From Takakia lepidozioides (taxonomy: Eukaryota; Plantae; Bryophyta): 64,000 nucleotides of DNA. The translations under genes and the position numbers were made by a program. Below the pieces are notes generated by a model, which was not told where the DNA came from, ran no database searches, and saw nothing but the letters and a program-made list of their open reading frames with translations. Below, piece by piece: positions 1 through 13,149 of the stretch (positions are counted from its first letter, which is position 1; the number at the start of each line of letters is the position of its first letter). The stretch spans positions 3,100,001 through 3,164,000 of the forward strand of contig CM060733.1 in the NCBI GenBank assembly GCA_030704615.1, in the 5' to 3' direction.

Positions 1-3000
1 CTTTTGTTTCCCCAAGAAAGGGGGCAACAAAGAAAAACAGAGAATGTGGGGGAGGGAGTGACTGAGCAACAGCAACTCCTCAGTCACCCCCCCCCCCCCC
101 CCCCACCTTTTTTTTTTTTTCTTTGTTGCCCCCTGATGTCTCCCTCTCTCTCCCTTTCTCTCCCTCTGGACACTGGGCTTATGGAATTGTTGTCCCGACT
201 TCCATTTTTGAGGAAATTGAAAAACAAACTGCAAAATTGGGTTGCAGGGAATTTTAGATGTTTTTTTTATCCAAAATGATTTTTTTAAATAAAAATCCTA
301 GTGAAATATTTTCACTAAAAACTTGTGAGTTGCAAAACTCCCGTCAGTTTCTACTTCTTCAATCCAACCTGGATGAAAAAGGACTTCATCTGACAGGACC
401 TAAATACAGGGCAAGACAGGTTTAAAAAAAAACCCCCCATGTTTTTCATCTAACCTAGATGAAATACGGACTACATCCGTTGAGTGCAAGACAGGATGAA
501 AGCACGATGTCTTTCATCTTCCACGAATGAGAAACGGACAACGTCCGTCGGGCGGATAGACTGGCGGATGTTTTTCATCCTGAGAAGGATGAATGACGGG
601 CCAGACAGGGGAAAACCCTGCTCAACCCTAATGTCTTTCTTTTTGCGCTGCGAGAGCGCGCGCGATGGCGGCTTGTGAGGAGCGATGGTGCTCGTGCTGC
701 AGATACCTTGAGCTGCCAATCCTTGAGTGTTTATGGCTCCTGTGAGCGACGCCTGGGCGGGCTCTTTAAGGCGATGGAGGTGGCTTAGAGATGAGGGAAG
801 ATTCCCTGTCTCAGTTGTCTGTTTTTTTGCTGCACAAGGGAACCGCGGCAGCGATGGCGGAAGCACCACCTGCATGCCTATGACGTTTCCCTAAGAGCCC
901 TCCTCTGGATCTTTGATGAATGGCGGCACAAGGAAGTCTCTCTCCCTCCCTTTATAAACCCTACCTTTTGAGACCAAGCTTTTTTCTTGTGCTTGGCAAG
1001 ACCTTGCTTTGGTTAAGGTAGCAGTGTTGTGGTGCTGGCGGAGTCCTCCCTGCACGGTTAGGCTTGTGGAGAGATGACGACTCTCCCCCAAACAGTAAAA
1101 AAGGTTTTTTTTCTGTTGGTTTTGCTTCCTTGCTTGCTTTGGCATTCTCTGCGCTTAGATTGAAGTGTATTTGACCTCGATAGCAAGTGTGGAAGCGTGC
1201 TACTTACCTCGTGCATCCTCACTAACTCACAATGCGTTGTGGTTGTTTTTGGGACGGGCACAGGTGAGGGCTTCCACTTAATATTCTGATGTCTAGGTGT
1301 TGCTAGATGCCAAGTGGGATTGCAGAGGAAGGAATCGTTTGCCAGGGATTCATCCTAAAATGTTGAAAAAACTAAACTACTCTATGGTTTTTCTTCATCC
1401 TGCCTCTTTCTTTCCTTGATTTTTGAAGAACAAGTGTAATACTTTCTACGATGGGCTAGTTCGGCCCAGCCAGTGCAAAACCTCTGTTATGATGTGACAA
1501 CCGGGTTTATGATGGCTTGTGTGAGAGACACACATCTGTTTTCCAGGCCCTAGATTGCTTTGCTTACCTTATGGTAGTTGGAAACAAATTGAGAGGCTGC
1601 AAGGAACTGTTTGCTGCAGCTACTCGGGTACCTATGTTGGTAAAAGACCCCTGTTATGTTCCAACCCATATGGCTTTGCTAGCTAGATGCTTAGGCCAGG
1701 GTATGGTGAAGTTTCTGCCTGTGGCTATTCGACTGACACTGAAATATGGCAGTAATATAAATGGTAACTGGGTTTTGAGGCAGCCAGGGTGGTCAAGTTG
1801 AAATACCCCCTGGACATGGTGTAATGACATGGTCAAATGTGGAATGATGTGAAGGGTGTACTGACAGTACCATATACTGTCACAGGATGTGTATGCAGTC
1901 CTTTATATTTACCTTGCTTTGTCATAAGCTTTTGATTTTCAGCTGTAGCAAGAAATAAAGGTATAGGGGTGTTCTGGAAAACTTACCAGACATATCCACA
2001 TCCCCTGTGGGGGCAAGCTGTACTGCACACCAGTCTAAACAAATACTGGCAAGGCAAGGTATTTAAACTTGTGATATCCAAGTGTTCCTTTCTTTTTTAA
2101 GAAAACCCTCTATGACACCCATGGGGTTTTAGTAAGTATGCTTGGATTACAGCTTGCAGACAGTAAATCTGTATGACTATGTGACCTGCACCACATCAAG
2201 GCCAAAATATGGCCAAGTACCCACCATCCCACCCAGACCTATGTAAGTGTATCATGATCTTGACTGGTGGTCAATCAGCATCAGTGGCATACTCTCTGGA
2301 TTATGAATAATACTGACATGAACACATTACTGTGCATGGATGTAATTCTGAATTTTCTAAAGCTTGATGATTGATGGATGGTGCCACTGTTAAGTGGCTG
2401 ATATGTCTGATTATTCTTCTTATTCATGACAACGACCCTAGGGGTCCTGTCTTTGTCTTGACATGACAAAAAGTATCTTCCCTCTCTTATGTACTGCTCT
2501 CTTTTAAGCTCCCGACACCCTAAATTCAAGGTCAGATGGTGGGTTCAGCTGCAACATATGTCCAACACCAGATATCCTAAGTTAATCGACTCTATATCTT
2601 GGAAACAAGACCGCCCTGTCAAACAAGGTGAGCCCTGTGAGAAGAGAGTAAAAGAGATTCTCACGGATCTGAATCTGGACCCGCAAGTCTTGACCTTGCT
2701 TGATAAACCTGACTTAGAGAGTGTAGTGTCCAAAGCCATGTCTGTTATCAGAAAATTGTCCGATGAAAATGAAGTGAGGAAGAAAACTTCCCTGAACCTG
2801 TTTCCAGTCTGTGACATGGGGCAGGACATCATGGATGCGCTCAAGGGTCTATCCCACTCTTGGCACCAGACCTAAATTTAAAGTTAGGGCAAGAAGACTA
2901 CCTTTGAACAGTAAACAAAAGCAGAGAGGAAAAGGAGAGTGCAATTTCCCTGACGTACCTCTGCAGCTGCTGGTGCTTGAAGCGAGCTGGCACGGCGAGC

Positions 3001-3552
3001 TGATGCGATGTTGTCGCGGCTGCCAGCGGCGCGGGTCCCCGCCACTGCAGGGCGTCTCTCCTCTGCTCACTACGTCTCTCTCTCTCTTCAACTCGTTAGG
3101 TCGCGCCTCTGCGCGGCGTTCCTACCACACAGGGGAGAGAGACATCAGCCCGTGCTAAGGGCAAGAAAGAAAGACAGAAAGTGAGGGAGGAGGTGGTGCT
3201 TACCTTGGGCGTTGGAGCGGCGTTGGGGCAAACTCCTTGGGGCCTTGCGACCACCTCGGGCTCAGCAGCAGGTGCGTTTTTCCTCCACCCTAAACCCCAC
3301 TCTCTGAACTACCTCTCTCCCAAAGAACAAACGAAAATGGGAGGGGAAAGAGATGCTTGAAGCACTTAGGGAAAAAAAAAGGCGCGGCGCCCGGCCGTCG
3401 CACGCCTGCGCCCGCCTTTTTTTGAAATGTAAAATGAAGATTGCGACGGCTGGCCGTCGTTTCTTGGGACCCCCGGCCCCATAAATAAAAAAAAAAACAC
3501 GTCGCCCCCCGGCTATCCGTCGCGGGGTGCGACCCCAAGTTTATAAATAATA

Positions 3553-3609
<57 letters not shown>

Positions 3610-4242
3610 GTCGTAGCACCCATTGCACCTGATCCAATACAGGCTGCCGAGCACAATCGTAGAAGGGACCGGGGCCAAATTTCAGGTGATGCGGAGGATG
3701 TTGACACTCCGGGATCGAGTCGGGTGCGCCACGGGTTGCCCCCTCGCGGGCCACCCCGTCCAACCACGTCCACCTTTGCCCCCCCCCCCCCCCCCCCCCC
3801 CCGCGACAAGATTGAGTGTTGGTGCACTAAGTGTTGGGAACGGATACCGCCGGGCGGCACCAGACCACTGAGGCGGCGACCACATGTTGTTGAAAAACAT
3901 TACAAGAATAACAAGATTGCGGATGCGGCAAAGGTGAGTGTTTTCCCACCCCTCTCATTAACATTCATTTAAGGTACATTTAGGTTTATCTAATAATAAA
4001 GTATGATTGGTAAACATACATGAATCAAAATTACAACATAAGTATTGATGCGTCGTTCACTACACACATTGCAGCCACAACTTGATGCCCAAGCTCGCAA
4101 TCACATTGCACAGGAGGCATTTGCGCCGGTCTACTTGCAGAATTTGTGCCAGAGCATGTGTCCGATGTGACCAGTTGGTTCCCCCAGCAGCACGTAGATG
4201 AGATGCATAGGGTCAAGGGGTATCGTAGGTGTCGTAGGCGTT

Positions 4243-5162
4243 ATGGCCGGCGACGAGCAGCCCCCCCCTCCAGTTTCCTCAGGCGGTCCCCCTGATTGTG
4301 GCCTCCCCCCCCGTCTGTTTCTTTGCCTGATCCACCTCCGGTTGTACCTGATCCGGACGTTGTACCCCCGGCTGCACCTCCGACATTACATCCTCAACCA
4401 CCTCCACTTTCATCTCCTCCGCCAACAGTACCACCTCCACCTCCACCTCCATCTCCACGTGCATGTGCCCCCCGAACCCCTAGGAGGGGTCGGCTTCACC
4501 CTAGGTTTCCTCCCCTTCGGCTTTGGGCGGCCTGAGCCGGATCCTCGCTCCCGATGGGAAGCGCATAGGACTATATTACTGAGGACCGTCCAGCCTCGTT
4601 GTTGGGGGAATCATCTCGACCGTCCCACCCCCATCCGAGAAATGTGGAGTTCGAGTATTGGGGGAGACGGTATGTTGTGAGAGCCGCTACAGACCCTGCT
4701 ATGGGTCGGGGTTTATTCACGGTCAATGATATTGTGGTTTCTCCTCGGAGAAACAACATGGTGGACTTGTTTCCCTACCACGGTCCATACTACACCTCCG
4801 CGGAGTTCCATACATTACGCCTCGAAAGCCCCATACATCGTACCCTACATTTTGTGTGTCAACGGACAGGATGTACGTAGACGGGGGTTGTCTCCCATTG
4901 AGATCAGATTTTGTGATGGTGACCCGACATCTTCGGCAATGTTGCTGGGCTGGTCAATAGTTCTTTTGGTCATCCTAGGAGAACCAATGTAGTATGGGAC
5001 GAGCGAAGCGATGGGCATGAGAGCTTTTGTGGTCATACGTCAGTATACTGTGAGGGGATGCACATGTTTGTGATGACATGTGCTAGTAGGACTATTAGGG
5101 CTGGCAGCGAACTATTTGCATTATACGAGTTCTCATGGGATGATTGGGACCTCCGATTATAG
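4243..5162 (+). pseudogene. SET-domain (lysine methyltransferase-like) gene with Pro-rich N-terminus, inside the CACTA element; frameshifted
   Basis: Joining frames gives AMGRGLFTVNDI..LFPYHGPYY ... CDGDP.IFGNVAGLVNSSFGHPRRTNVVW ... CASRTIRAGSELFALYEF, ending in TAG at 5160-5162. This matches SET motifs GxGLF, NxAxxxN(H/S)S and IxxGxELxxxY. Confidence 0.75.
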
Positions 5163-5339
5163 CGTGAGTGGGATGTGTATGATAGAAATAGGGTTCCTTT
5201 GAGACAGGGATCGCGTAGAGGAGCATTGTAGATATTCTAATGATGTACTTTGTATACATCCGATTAATCGATTGATGTAAAAAAAATTCTTGTTGCTCGT
5301 GTGGGTTGCAACTTTGTATATGTGATCTAAACATACTTA

Positions 5340-5760
5340 TGCACATGTGGACCAAATATGAGCTTGAACCAAGTTGATTCAATGGGTCATTCTAGTGCAG
5401 CTACGTGTCATAGAGACGGAAAATTGTGTTTTCGCCTGCAGATAATTTTTTTTTAATTCCATTTTCAAGCCATATGCTTAATGATAGCATATGCAACGTG
5501 CGTGCAAAATTTGGGAGTAAACAAAAGTCATTTGGACCCATAACCAGATTTTGTTCTCTCATTTGCACTCCAAAGTTGAGTTATCTTCAACTTCATGCAC
5601 TCTTCATAGAGAGTTTTGCAAAAGTGACCCTAGAAACACACTTATTTTTTTTCCATTTTTTCTTTGTCCCATTTTTTGCATGGATGTAGTGGTGAAAAGC
5701 CTGATGTCACAGAACAAAATAGAGCTAAAAATAAAATCATTACGCCCCTCAAAACCGCAA
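5340..5760. repeat. AT-rich dispersed repeat, copy 1 (paralog at about 14970-15380)
   Basis: Shared blocks GTGGACCAAATATGA, CCATATGCTTAATGA, CATTTGCACTCCAAAGTTGA and CTTCAACTTCATGCACT occur in the same order in both copies. Confidence 0.8.
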
Positions 5761-8700
5761 TAATATATTTTCTAAATGCAAATATTTATTTTAAATTCAT
5801 TTAAATTCGATTTAATTCAAAAATTGGTGCAAGGGTGAGTGCGTCGTCGGGGAGATTTTTTTTTTAAATTAAAAAAAAGGAAAAAAAAAAGAAACCTGCT
5901 GGATCTTTGTACAGGTGTTGCACACATATTTAAGCACATGTAGGAAAAAATGAAGCTTGAGCCACATCCGTTTGTTGGGTGCAATGGCATGAGAGGATTT
6001 TCTTTCACATTAATAAACAAAAATTGGTTGATAGGGTGAATGCGTCATTGGGGAGGCAAATGATTTTGTTTGGGTTTGAAACTTTGCATGCGTGTACGTT
6101 GCGCACATACATGCAATTATTGAATGACATATTTGATGCACACACACATTGAAGGTTGTTGTTTGCATTTCGCTTATAATGAAGTGTATGGTTGCAAGGA
6201 CACATTATAATATATGTCCCTATGTTCATTTGTTCGTATCAGGACTTTGTCCATCCCTTCCCGGTCTTCTCTTGGCACCCCATCCGAAAACAACCCAAGT
6301 ACATCAGGCGGGAGCCGTGGGCGAGACGCCGCCACCACGGTACCGGACGATGATGACGATGATGACGATGACAGTGATAGTGACAGTGACAACAACAATG
6401 GGCATGGAATTAACCAGGAAGATGTGCAAGCCATGGAGGATCTCTTAATGCATCATGTGGCCGCTGATGCATCCCATGAAGAGGAAACCCGACCAATCGA
6501 TGATCCTGAAATGGCCCCCTCAAATGACATGGAGAGGGAGACGAGAACTCTCTTATACGAAGGGGCGAAAGTGAGTCGACTTTCAACAATCTTGCTTTTG
6601 CTCAATCTTCAAATTCGATTTGGCATAAGTAATGTTGGGATGTCTGCCATAATGTCAACTATTGCAGACTATATCCTTGCTCCACACTTGAAACCCAAGA
6701 TGCCACCGTCGCGGAAAGAGGCACGCGAAGTCTTGGACTCTGTGGGGATGGGCTATAAGATTTTTCATGCATGTCCATGTGATAAAACCCTATACTACGG
6801 AGAGGATTCGCATTTCACCAAGTGCCCAAAGTGCAAGAAAGACCGATATCGGGATGATGTCCAAGGGAAAAAAGTACCACGCAAGGTATAAGCGCCATTC
6901 CCCCTCGCATGGAGATTATTTTCTTCAATCTTCTCAATGTATGTAAAGTGTATTCCACAAAGTTTAGGGTTTAGAGAGTAGTACTCATGCAAGATCTGAT
7001 TGTGGTTTTGGAAGGAGTGAGTGAGGAGTGGAAGGAGCGACGTTTGTTTTTTACCATTCACACCCAAATGAGGGAGAGGCTGCATAAAGGGAAAGACATA
7101 AGGGTGTTGTATTATGTGTGCTAATGGGATGATTACATGTGGGGGGCGTGGGGTATTTCATCCTAGAAAATGCATTACTTTCCAATCATCTCGCCATTGA
7201 GGGCACAGTACCGAAGCCCCGAATCGGCCAGACTCATGAGATGACACGCCTCGCATCGGAGCCCCCCGGGAAAGGTGTGCGGGCCACAAGATTCACAAGC
7301 ATGGAGGCATATTGAAGAGATGTGGCCTTTTCTCTTGGAGGACCCACGACATGTCCACCTCGGCTTCTCCTCGGATGGGGTCAACCCATTCTCTGTCCAG
7401 TCATGTAGTCATTCCACTTGGCCAGTGACCATGGTGAATTACAACATCCCTCCGTATCTTTCAATTAAAAAATGCCATATTATGTTGGCTGTCATTGTGC
7501 TAAGTGAGTATACTCATTTCAAGTTTATTATTGCCTTCAACTTTACATTAAACTTCTGATCTTTGACGCAATTCGGATGCAAGATTGATGAGTGACATAA
7601 TCATGGAGTAAGACGTGTAATTCATTTTGTAGTATAATCTGCATATTGGTGGAGCATTGAAACAATGATATGAATGTCTCATAGGGAAAAAACAAGTGGC
7701 AAACATGGACACGTACTTGCGACCTCTTGTTGATGAACTTAAAGAGCTATGGAGAGGGGTTCCGACATTGGATGCTTCACTTGACCCTATGGCCGGACAA
7801 TCTTTTCAGATGAGAGTCATCTTGCTTTGGACAATGCATGATTATCCAGGTATATTATGTTCTCCATGAACAACCTGCGTACATTCACTTGTCAATGCCG
7901 GATAATATTGATGAAAATTGGGATTGATTGAAGTAGCGGCAACAGTCTTGTGCACCGTAGTGGGGTAGATGGCATTATGGGCCATGCACATGACAACTTT
8001 TTGTTTTTGTTAATGTGGCGGGATGTGTAGTACAAGACTAATTGTTTGCTCGGGGCTAAGCACCAAAGGGTACCATGCATGCTTGCATTGTGGCGATGAT
8101 CTTGATGCACATAGCTCCCGCCATCTTCACAAGATGGTGTATCCCAACTACCGCAAATTTCTTCCTATGAGCCATCGATGGAGAAGAAGAGAGAAACACT
8201 TGTTTGATGGCAAAGAGGAAGTACGTCCCCCCCCATGACACCGTCCGGGCAGTTTTGGGAGGACCGATAGAAGGAGGCCCATGCGGGCACGGACGGTGAA
8301 GTGGACGTGCCCGGCATGAAACGACTTTCAATCTTCTACAAGTTGCCATATTGGGCGGTACATATTCCACAAAAACACCGTCAATATCTATATGCATGCA
8401 TGTGATATTGTACATTTGGTATGCGTTGCATTGTCACTTTCACGTAAAAAAATTTATGTAAGTCTTTGTGGGTGAGGATATATGTAGGACCTGAAGATTT
8501 GCCATCTTCTAGATCCCATGCATATTGAGAAGAATGTCTGCTCGTCCCTTTTTCGGGTTCTTCATGGCACGCCGGCAAAGAAGGGAGTGGCTGCAAAAGG
8601 AGATTCTCTCGGTGTTAGAAAGGAGCTTGAGGAGCAGGGTCGCATGCGCCATCTATGGGCCGAACAAAATGGTGTGGACCCAAAGGGTGTTGTACGGTGG

Positions 8701-11085
8701 AAGTATAGGCACGCACCTTGGCAATGGACAATTGAGGAATACAAGAAAGTGATAGCCACCATAAGTGCTGTCCGAATACCAACTGGTTATGGGTCATCCC
8801 TCCGTACGAAGTTCAGCGAAGAAGACAGGGTCCATGGTTTGAAGTCTCATGACTACCACAATCTATTGCAAGACATCTTGCCCATTGCAGTACGTGGGAC
8901 ATTGACTCCCGAGGTTCGTGAGACAATCTATAGATTGGGAGGCTTGTTCCGGTGGATTTGCTCCAAAGAGTTGGAAGAAGCAGATTTTCCACGCATGAAG
9001 AACGAGGCGGCGGAGGTAATGTGTATGTTGGAGATGCACCTTCCTCCCTCCTTCTTTGACATCCAAGTGCACTTGGTAGTGCACTTAGTGGAAGAGGCTT
9101 CGATTATCGGCCCAGTTCATTCTCGGTGGATGTACTTCCTTGAGCGTTATATGAAGACTTTGAAATGATTTGTAAGACAAATGGCGCACCCGGAGGGTAG
9201 CATGGCGGAGGGGTATACGTTGCAAGAAGCTATGTTCTATTGCATGGAGTACATGGCAAGGGTGGATGAGGAAGCCCCTCGGATGTGGAAAGAAGAGGAG
9301 GATGCACGAACCAATGACATCGTTTTGCCCAAAAAATTGAAGAGGGTAAAATTGCCGACCTTGGTGATCGAGCAAGCGCATGACTTCATACTGAAGAATA
9401 CCCCATCCATATATGAATGGGAGGCAAGATACAATAATCTTGTTCAGCAATGAGAGGAGGAGACGCTTGCATGGAGGCGGAACCATCCAAGGCCGGTTAC
9501 TAGACGCCCACAACGAGGAGCGGGCCGCCGGAATGTTCATTCACAAAATTTGCCCATGGAATTGCAGCCTCTAAGTTCATTCCAACAATGGCTTCGGACT
9601 TCAGTTTATGACGCCGTTGCTCAAGGAGAGATGGTTTCAGATTTGGTGCAAGACATTGCAAGGGGCCCCTCTCAATTCGCGACCTCATACACGGCGGTTT
9701 GGGTTCACGGTCGTCATTTTTGCATTCGTGCTCTTGACATGAAGCGCAAAACAACCTTTGATTATAGCTTGTGTGCCACATATTGGCAAGACTCCGTGTG
9801 GGGCAAGGGAGATACACGACCTGCTATGAACAAACTTGAGTACATTGGAGAGCTTGAGAGCATACTCCAACTTCAGTATACAAGGTACCGGCCTCTTCTC
9901 TTCAAGGGAAGGTGGTTCCAGCCACATCTTGTGGGGCCCTCCGTAACACTAGTGCAAGATGATTGTGGTTTCATGCGCGTCAATGCAGATAGGCTCAACC
10001 CTACTCATCGTCCCTCCGATGAGCATTTTTCACGGCCTTAAGACATGGAGCAAATTTACTTCTCCGATGACAAAACAAGATGGGGGAATTGGAAGGTGGT
10101 TGTGTATGCTCAGCCAAGAGGAAGACGTATCTATCATGGTCTCGGATCTTCATGGGATGAGGCAATTACGGTGGATGGACAGACTGGTCATAATGATGCT
10201 GATAATGGAGGTTGGGTAGAGGGGGTAGAAGAGGATGATGACGCCCCGGACAATGCATCCTGGACCCTATATGATGAAGCTCTAGAAGATACGGATGTTG
10301 GAGAAGGAGACGAAGACACGGCCATTGACAACGAGGTGGAGGATGATTCAGAGGTGCTTTTTGAGGGCCGGGCCATTTATGACGATGACTCCGATGACCA
10401 ATAAGACTTGCAGCTTGATGAGGATGAAGAGGCTTCGGATGATGATGTTCAAGTTGATTAGACACAAAATCAAAGCTACATAACAATTCTCGCACCGAAC
10501 TGGACCCATCCCTTCGATTGATTGTACATGTACATGCATATTGTACTTTGTTTTTATGATTCAACAAATATGGCTGTGGCTGGTAGTCTTTCAAGAAAGA
10601 AGGCAGAGGCAATGAATATGTTGGAGCAACACATACAGATGTGGTATCAAGAGAATTATCAAAATGAATGTCACAATCTACAAGAAGGTCCACAACAACA
10701 AGCTAAACCATAAAGAAAAACAAACACCCTACCCCAGTACCATATGAAAAAAAAAAAAAACTAAGAACCCCCAAAAGCCCTAAACCTAAACCTAGAAAGC
10801 CCTGCCATCGCTGCCTACGACCCCCACGCGTCGCCACCTGCGACGCGGTTTTAGGCCGGGGGTCGCAAACGGCGACGGCCAACCGTCACCATCTGCGACC
10901 TGTTTTTTGAATGGATTTATGAGGCCGGGGGTCGCACACGGCGACGGCCAGCCGAGACCCATTTTTTATTTTTTTTTGCAAGAATAGGGCAGCCGGGCAA
11001 TTTGCGACGCCCGGCCGTCGCAGGGGCCTTTTGCCCTTCATGCCACCATGCGACGGGTCGCAAGAAAGGGCTGCGATGAAAGAAG

Positions 11086-11129
<44 letters not shown>

Positions 11130-11413
11130 CTGGCGTGCGACGAGCGGCCGTCGCCCGAAAGGGCTGCCGTCTACCCTTCGCTGGGGGCGACGCTTGGGCG
11201 TCGCACGGAAGGGTTGCCATTTGCCCTTCATCACTCCGTGCGACGGCCAGGCGTCGCCGCCTGGCCCTGGCGCCAGGTGGCGGCCCGCAGGGTTTGACTG
11301 CGACGGCCCGACGTCGCAAACACGCTCCGTGGGGTTGGCGTCACACGCTCAGCGCCGCGCGGGGCGTGGGGCGCGGCTGGTGTCGCAACCCCCCCCCCCC
11401 ATTTGCTGTAGTG

Positions 11414-12822
11414 ACATACCCTTTCTTCTTCCTGCAGGATCGTTTGCCCAACCCTGTTATTTCTATTATTTGTGCCATACCTCCCTTCAACTCGACCTGA
11501 CAGAATGGTGTTGGTCTTTCAAAGATGATCTACTCCCTCTATTCTCATTACTCAGCCAAAAAGGGTTACAAAGCCATACTGGGGGCCAAGCCATTGACAT
11601 CCAAATGGGATGGCAAATGGAACCATCTCAATTTCAGTAAGGAAAATTGGAGAGCAATCTGGTCTAGGGTTTGGAGCAAATCAAAACCGGCAATATTGAG
11701 TGCCTTTCTCTGGCAGATAGCCAACAGGGTGCTTAAGGTAGGCCAGTACTTGAATTTTGATGAGGCTCTTCTCTGCGTATGTTGCAACACTCAAATCATA
11801 GAATCCTTGGAACATTGCTTGCTTCACTGTCTGGCCCCAACAGTCATTTGGCCGATGGTCCAATCCTTCTATAGGACTTGGGACCAAATGTCGCTGCCAA
11901 CCACAGCAATCCTTCTCAACTACGATCCAAGGGAAAAATCAACTGTCTCTGACTGCCCAGTCTTTGAAGCTTTTCGAACTTCAGTTCTTTGGAATCTATT
12001 GAAAGGAAGGTGTGCGTGGGCTCTTAACTGTGAGAATACATCTCCAATTGTCATCCTCACTATGGTTCTCTTTGATCCATCTGTTGCTGCTAAGAAAACT
12101 TGGGCATTGCTTTGTGCAACGGTTGCAAGGAAGCTAGAGCGTGAGCCCTCCCTCATCCATACCTTCCGAGCTACCTGGGGCAAGCATGGGATCATATGCA
12201 AAGTAGATGGCCTCACCTGTATTTGGGTAGACAATATACCCACATGGTAGGAAGAAGGGGGAACCTCTTCAGCCTCCCCGGAATTTGAAAGATCAGAAGT
12301 CAACTGGAAGCACGTTCGATCTGCATCAGCATCTCGTCTCTATTTCAATAGATAGAAACTCCAGTTTCTTCCTACTGTTCAGGATCTCCAACTAATTCTT
12401 CTACAAAAACCTCTGCCCTCTTCTCTCCCTCTCCTGTTTGCTTCCACCAGTCACTCAGTTACCCTACGAGGTTTCTCCTTTCCATTCTGTCCACTATCTT
12501 TTTCATTCCTAGGGCCTAGTTTTCATCCTCGTTTTTTCGCTCTAATGATGGGTTTCTCGGAGCCCAGTTCTTGTCACCAGGTTTTAATGCTATTCGGTGG
12601 GGTCTCATACCTTCGTCGGGTTATAGTGTCCATATAATGCCAAGAAGCCACTCTTGGGTTACTGATCCAGGGTTATCCAGTACGGCCTACCGTGAGGCCT
12701 TATGGCAACTCTTAAGGGTTTTAATTTTTTTCCCTTCAAATAATCAAAGCAATAAAGTTTCCTGGGGCACCGCTCCCCGTTCTGCAAAAAGAAAAAAAAG
12801 AAAAAGAAAAAAAGAAAAAAAA
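11414..12822 (+). mobile_element. L1-type LINE 3' fragment (zf-RVT C-terminus of ORF2, 3' UTR, A-rich tail)
   Basis: ORF 11525-12250 has WRAIW..FLWQIANRVLKVG..CVCC..ESLEHCLLHC..IW, the zf-RVT pattern. AATAAA at about 12751 is followed by an A-rich tail at 12786-12822. Confidence 0.85.
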
Positions 12823-13149
12823 TGATCAGGTGATTTAAATACAAGGTATATGGGTTTATGGTTTGTCCAATATGCTTCTGTGGATCTTGCTTGACAAACC
12901 ATTAACAATTCTTAATTCCTAAATTAAGAATTAATATATTCAAAATTAAAATTACCAAAATATCTCCAAAATGTCACCAAAATATCATAAATTGATCCAT
13001 CAAAATTGTCAGCAAAGTACTTTAGACAATATTGAAGCTAGAGTCCATCTCACAAAAAGAAATGGTTATGTACTTCAAATTTCTAAAGTCTCTCACTCTA
13101 TCTCAACACTGCCTTCTCCTGGTGTCTCCAAATCTATGATTTTGAATCC

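Larger units (their letters stand above)
3724..10404 (+). pseudogene. CACTA transposase (TnpD/Tnp2-like: transposase-associated Cys/His domain, Transposase_21, DUF4218-, DUF4216-like regions), multi-exon, with in-frame stops
   Basis: Motifs: ECWCTKC..HVVEKH (3724-3933, donor AAG|GTGAGT); HACPCDKTLYY..CPKC; DSQAWRH..GFSSDGVNPF..HSTWPV..YNIPP; LLWTMHDYP; DPMHIEKNV; GLKSHDYH; FFDIQVHLVVHL..GPVHSRWMYFLERYMKTLK; HPEGSMAEGY; LFKGRWF. Premature stops at about 7242, 9166, 9451 and 10039. Confidence 0.92.
3380..11413 (+). mobile_element. CACTA/EnSpm DNA transposon (decayed autonomous-type); right end present, left end not found in window
   Basis: Right terminus ATTTGCTGTAGTG (11401-11413) is the reverse complement of CACTACAGCAAAT. 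Dense GCGAC/GTCGC subterminal-type repeats lie at about 10800-11390 and 3380-3540. An internal spliced Tnp2-type transposase is present. The left coordinate is approximate. Confidence 0.85.

Noticed and set aside
900-2900. Host gene in the first 3 kb (ORF 2489-2875, scattered splice-like sites)
   Set aside because: No recognisable motif or consistent exon chain could be assembled.
3068-3080. CACTAC as the left TIR of the CACTA element
   Set aside because: It matches only 6 bp of the right TIR, and the flanks (GCT versus ACA) give no 3-bp TSD.
3290-3860. ORFs with poly-Phe/Lys/Pro/Gly runs (also 10917-11640)
   Set aside because: Artefacts of long homopolymers and GC-rich subterminal repeats.
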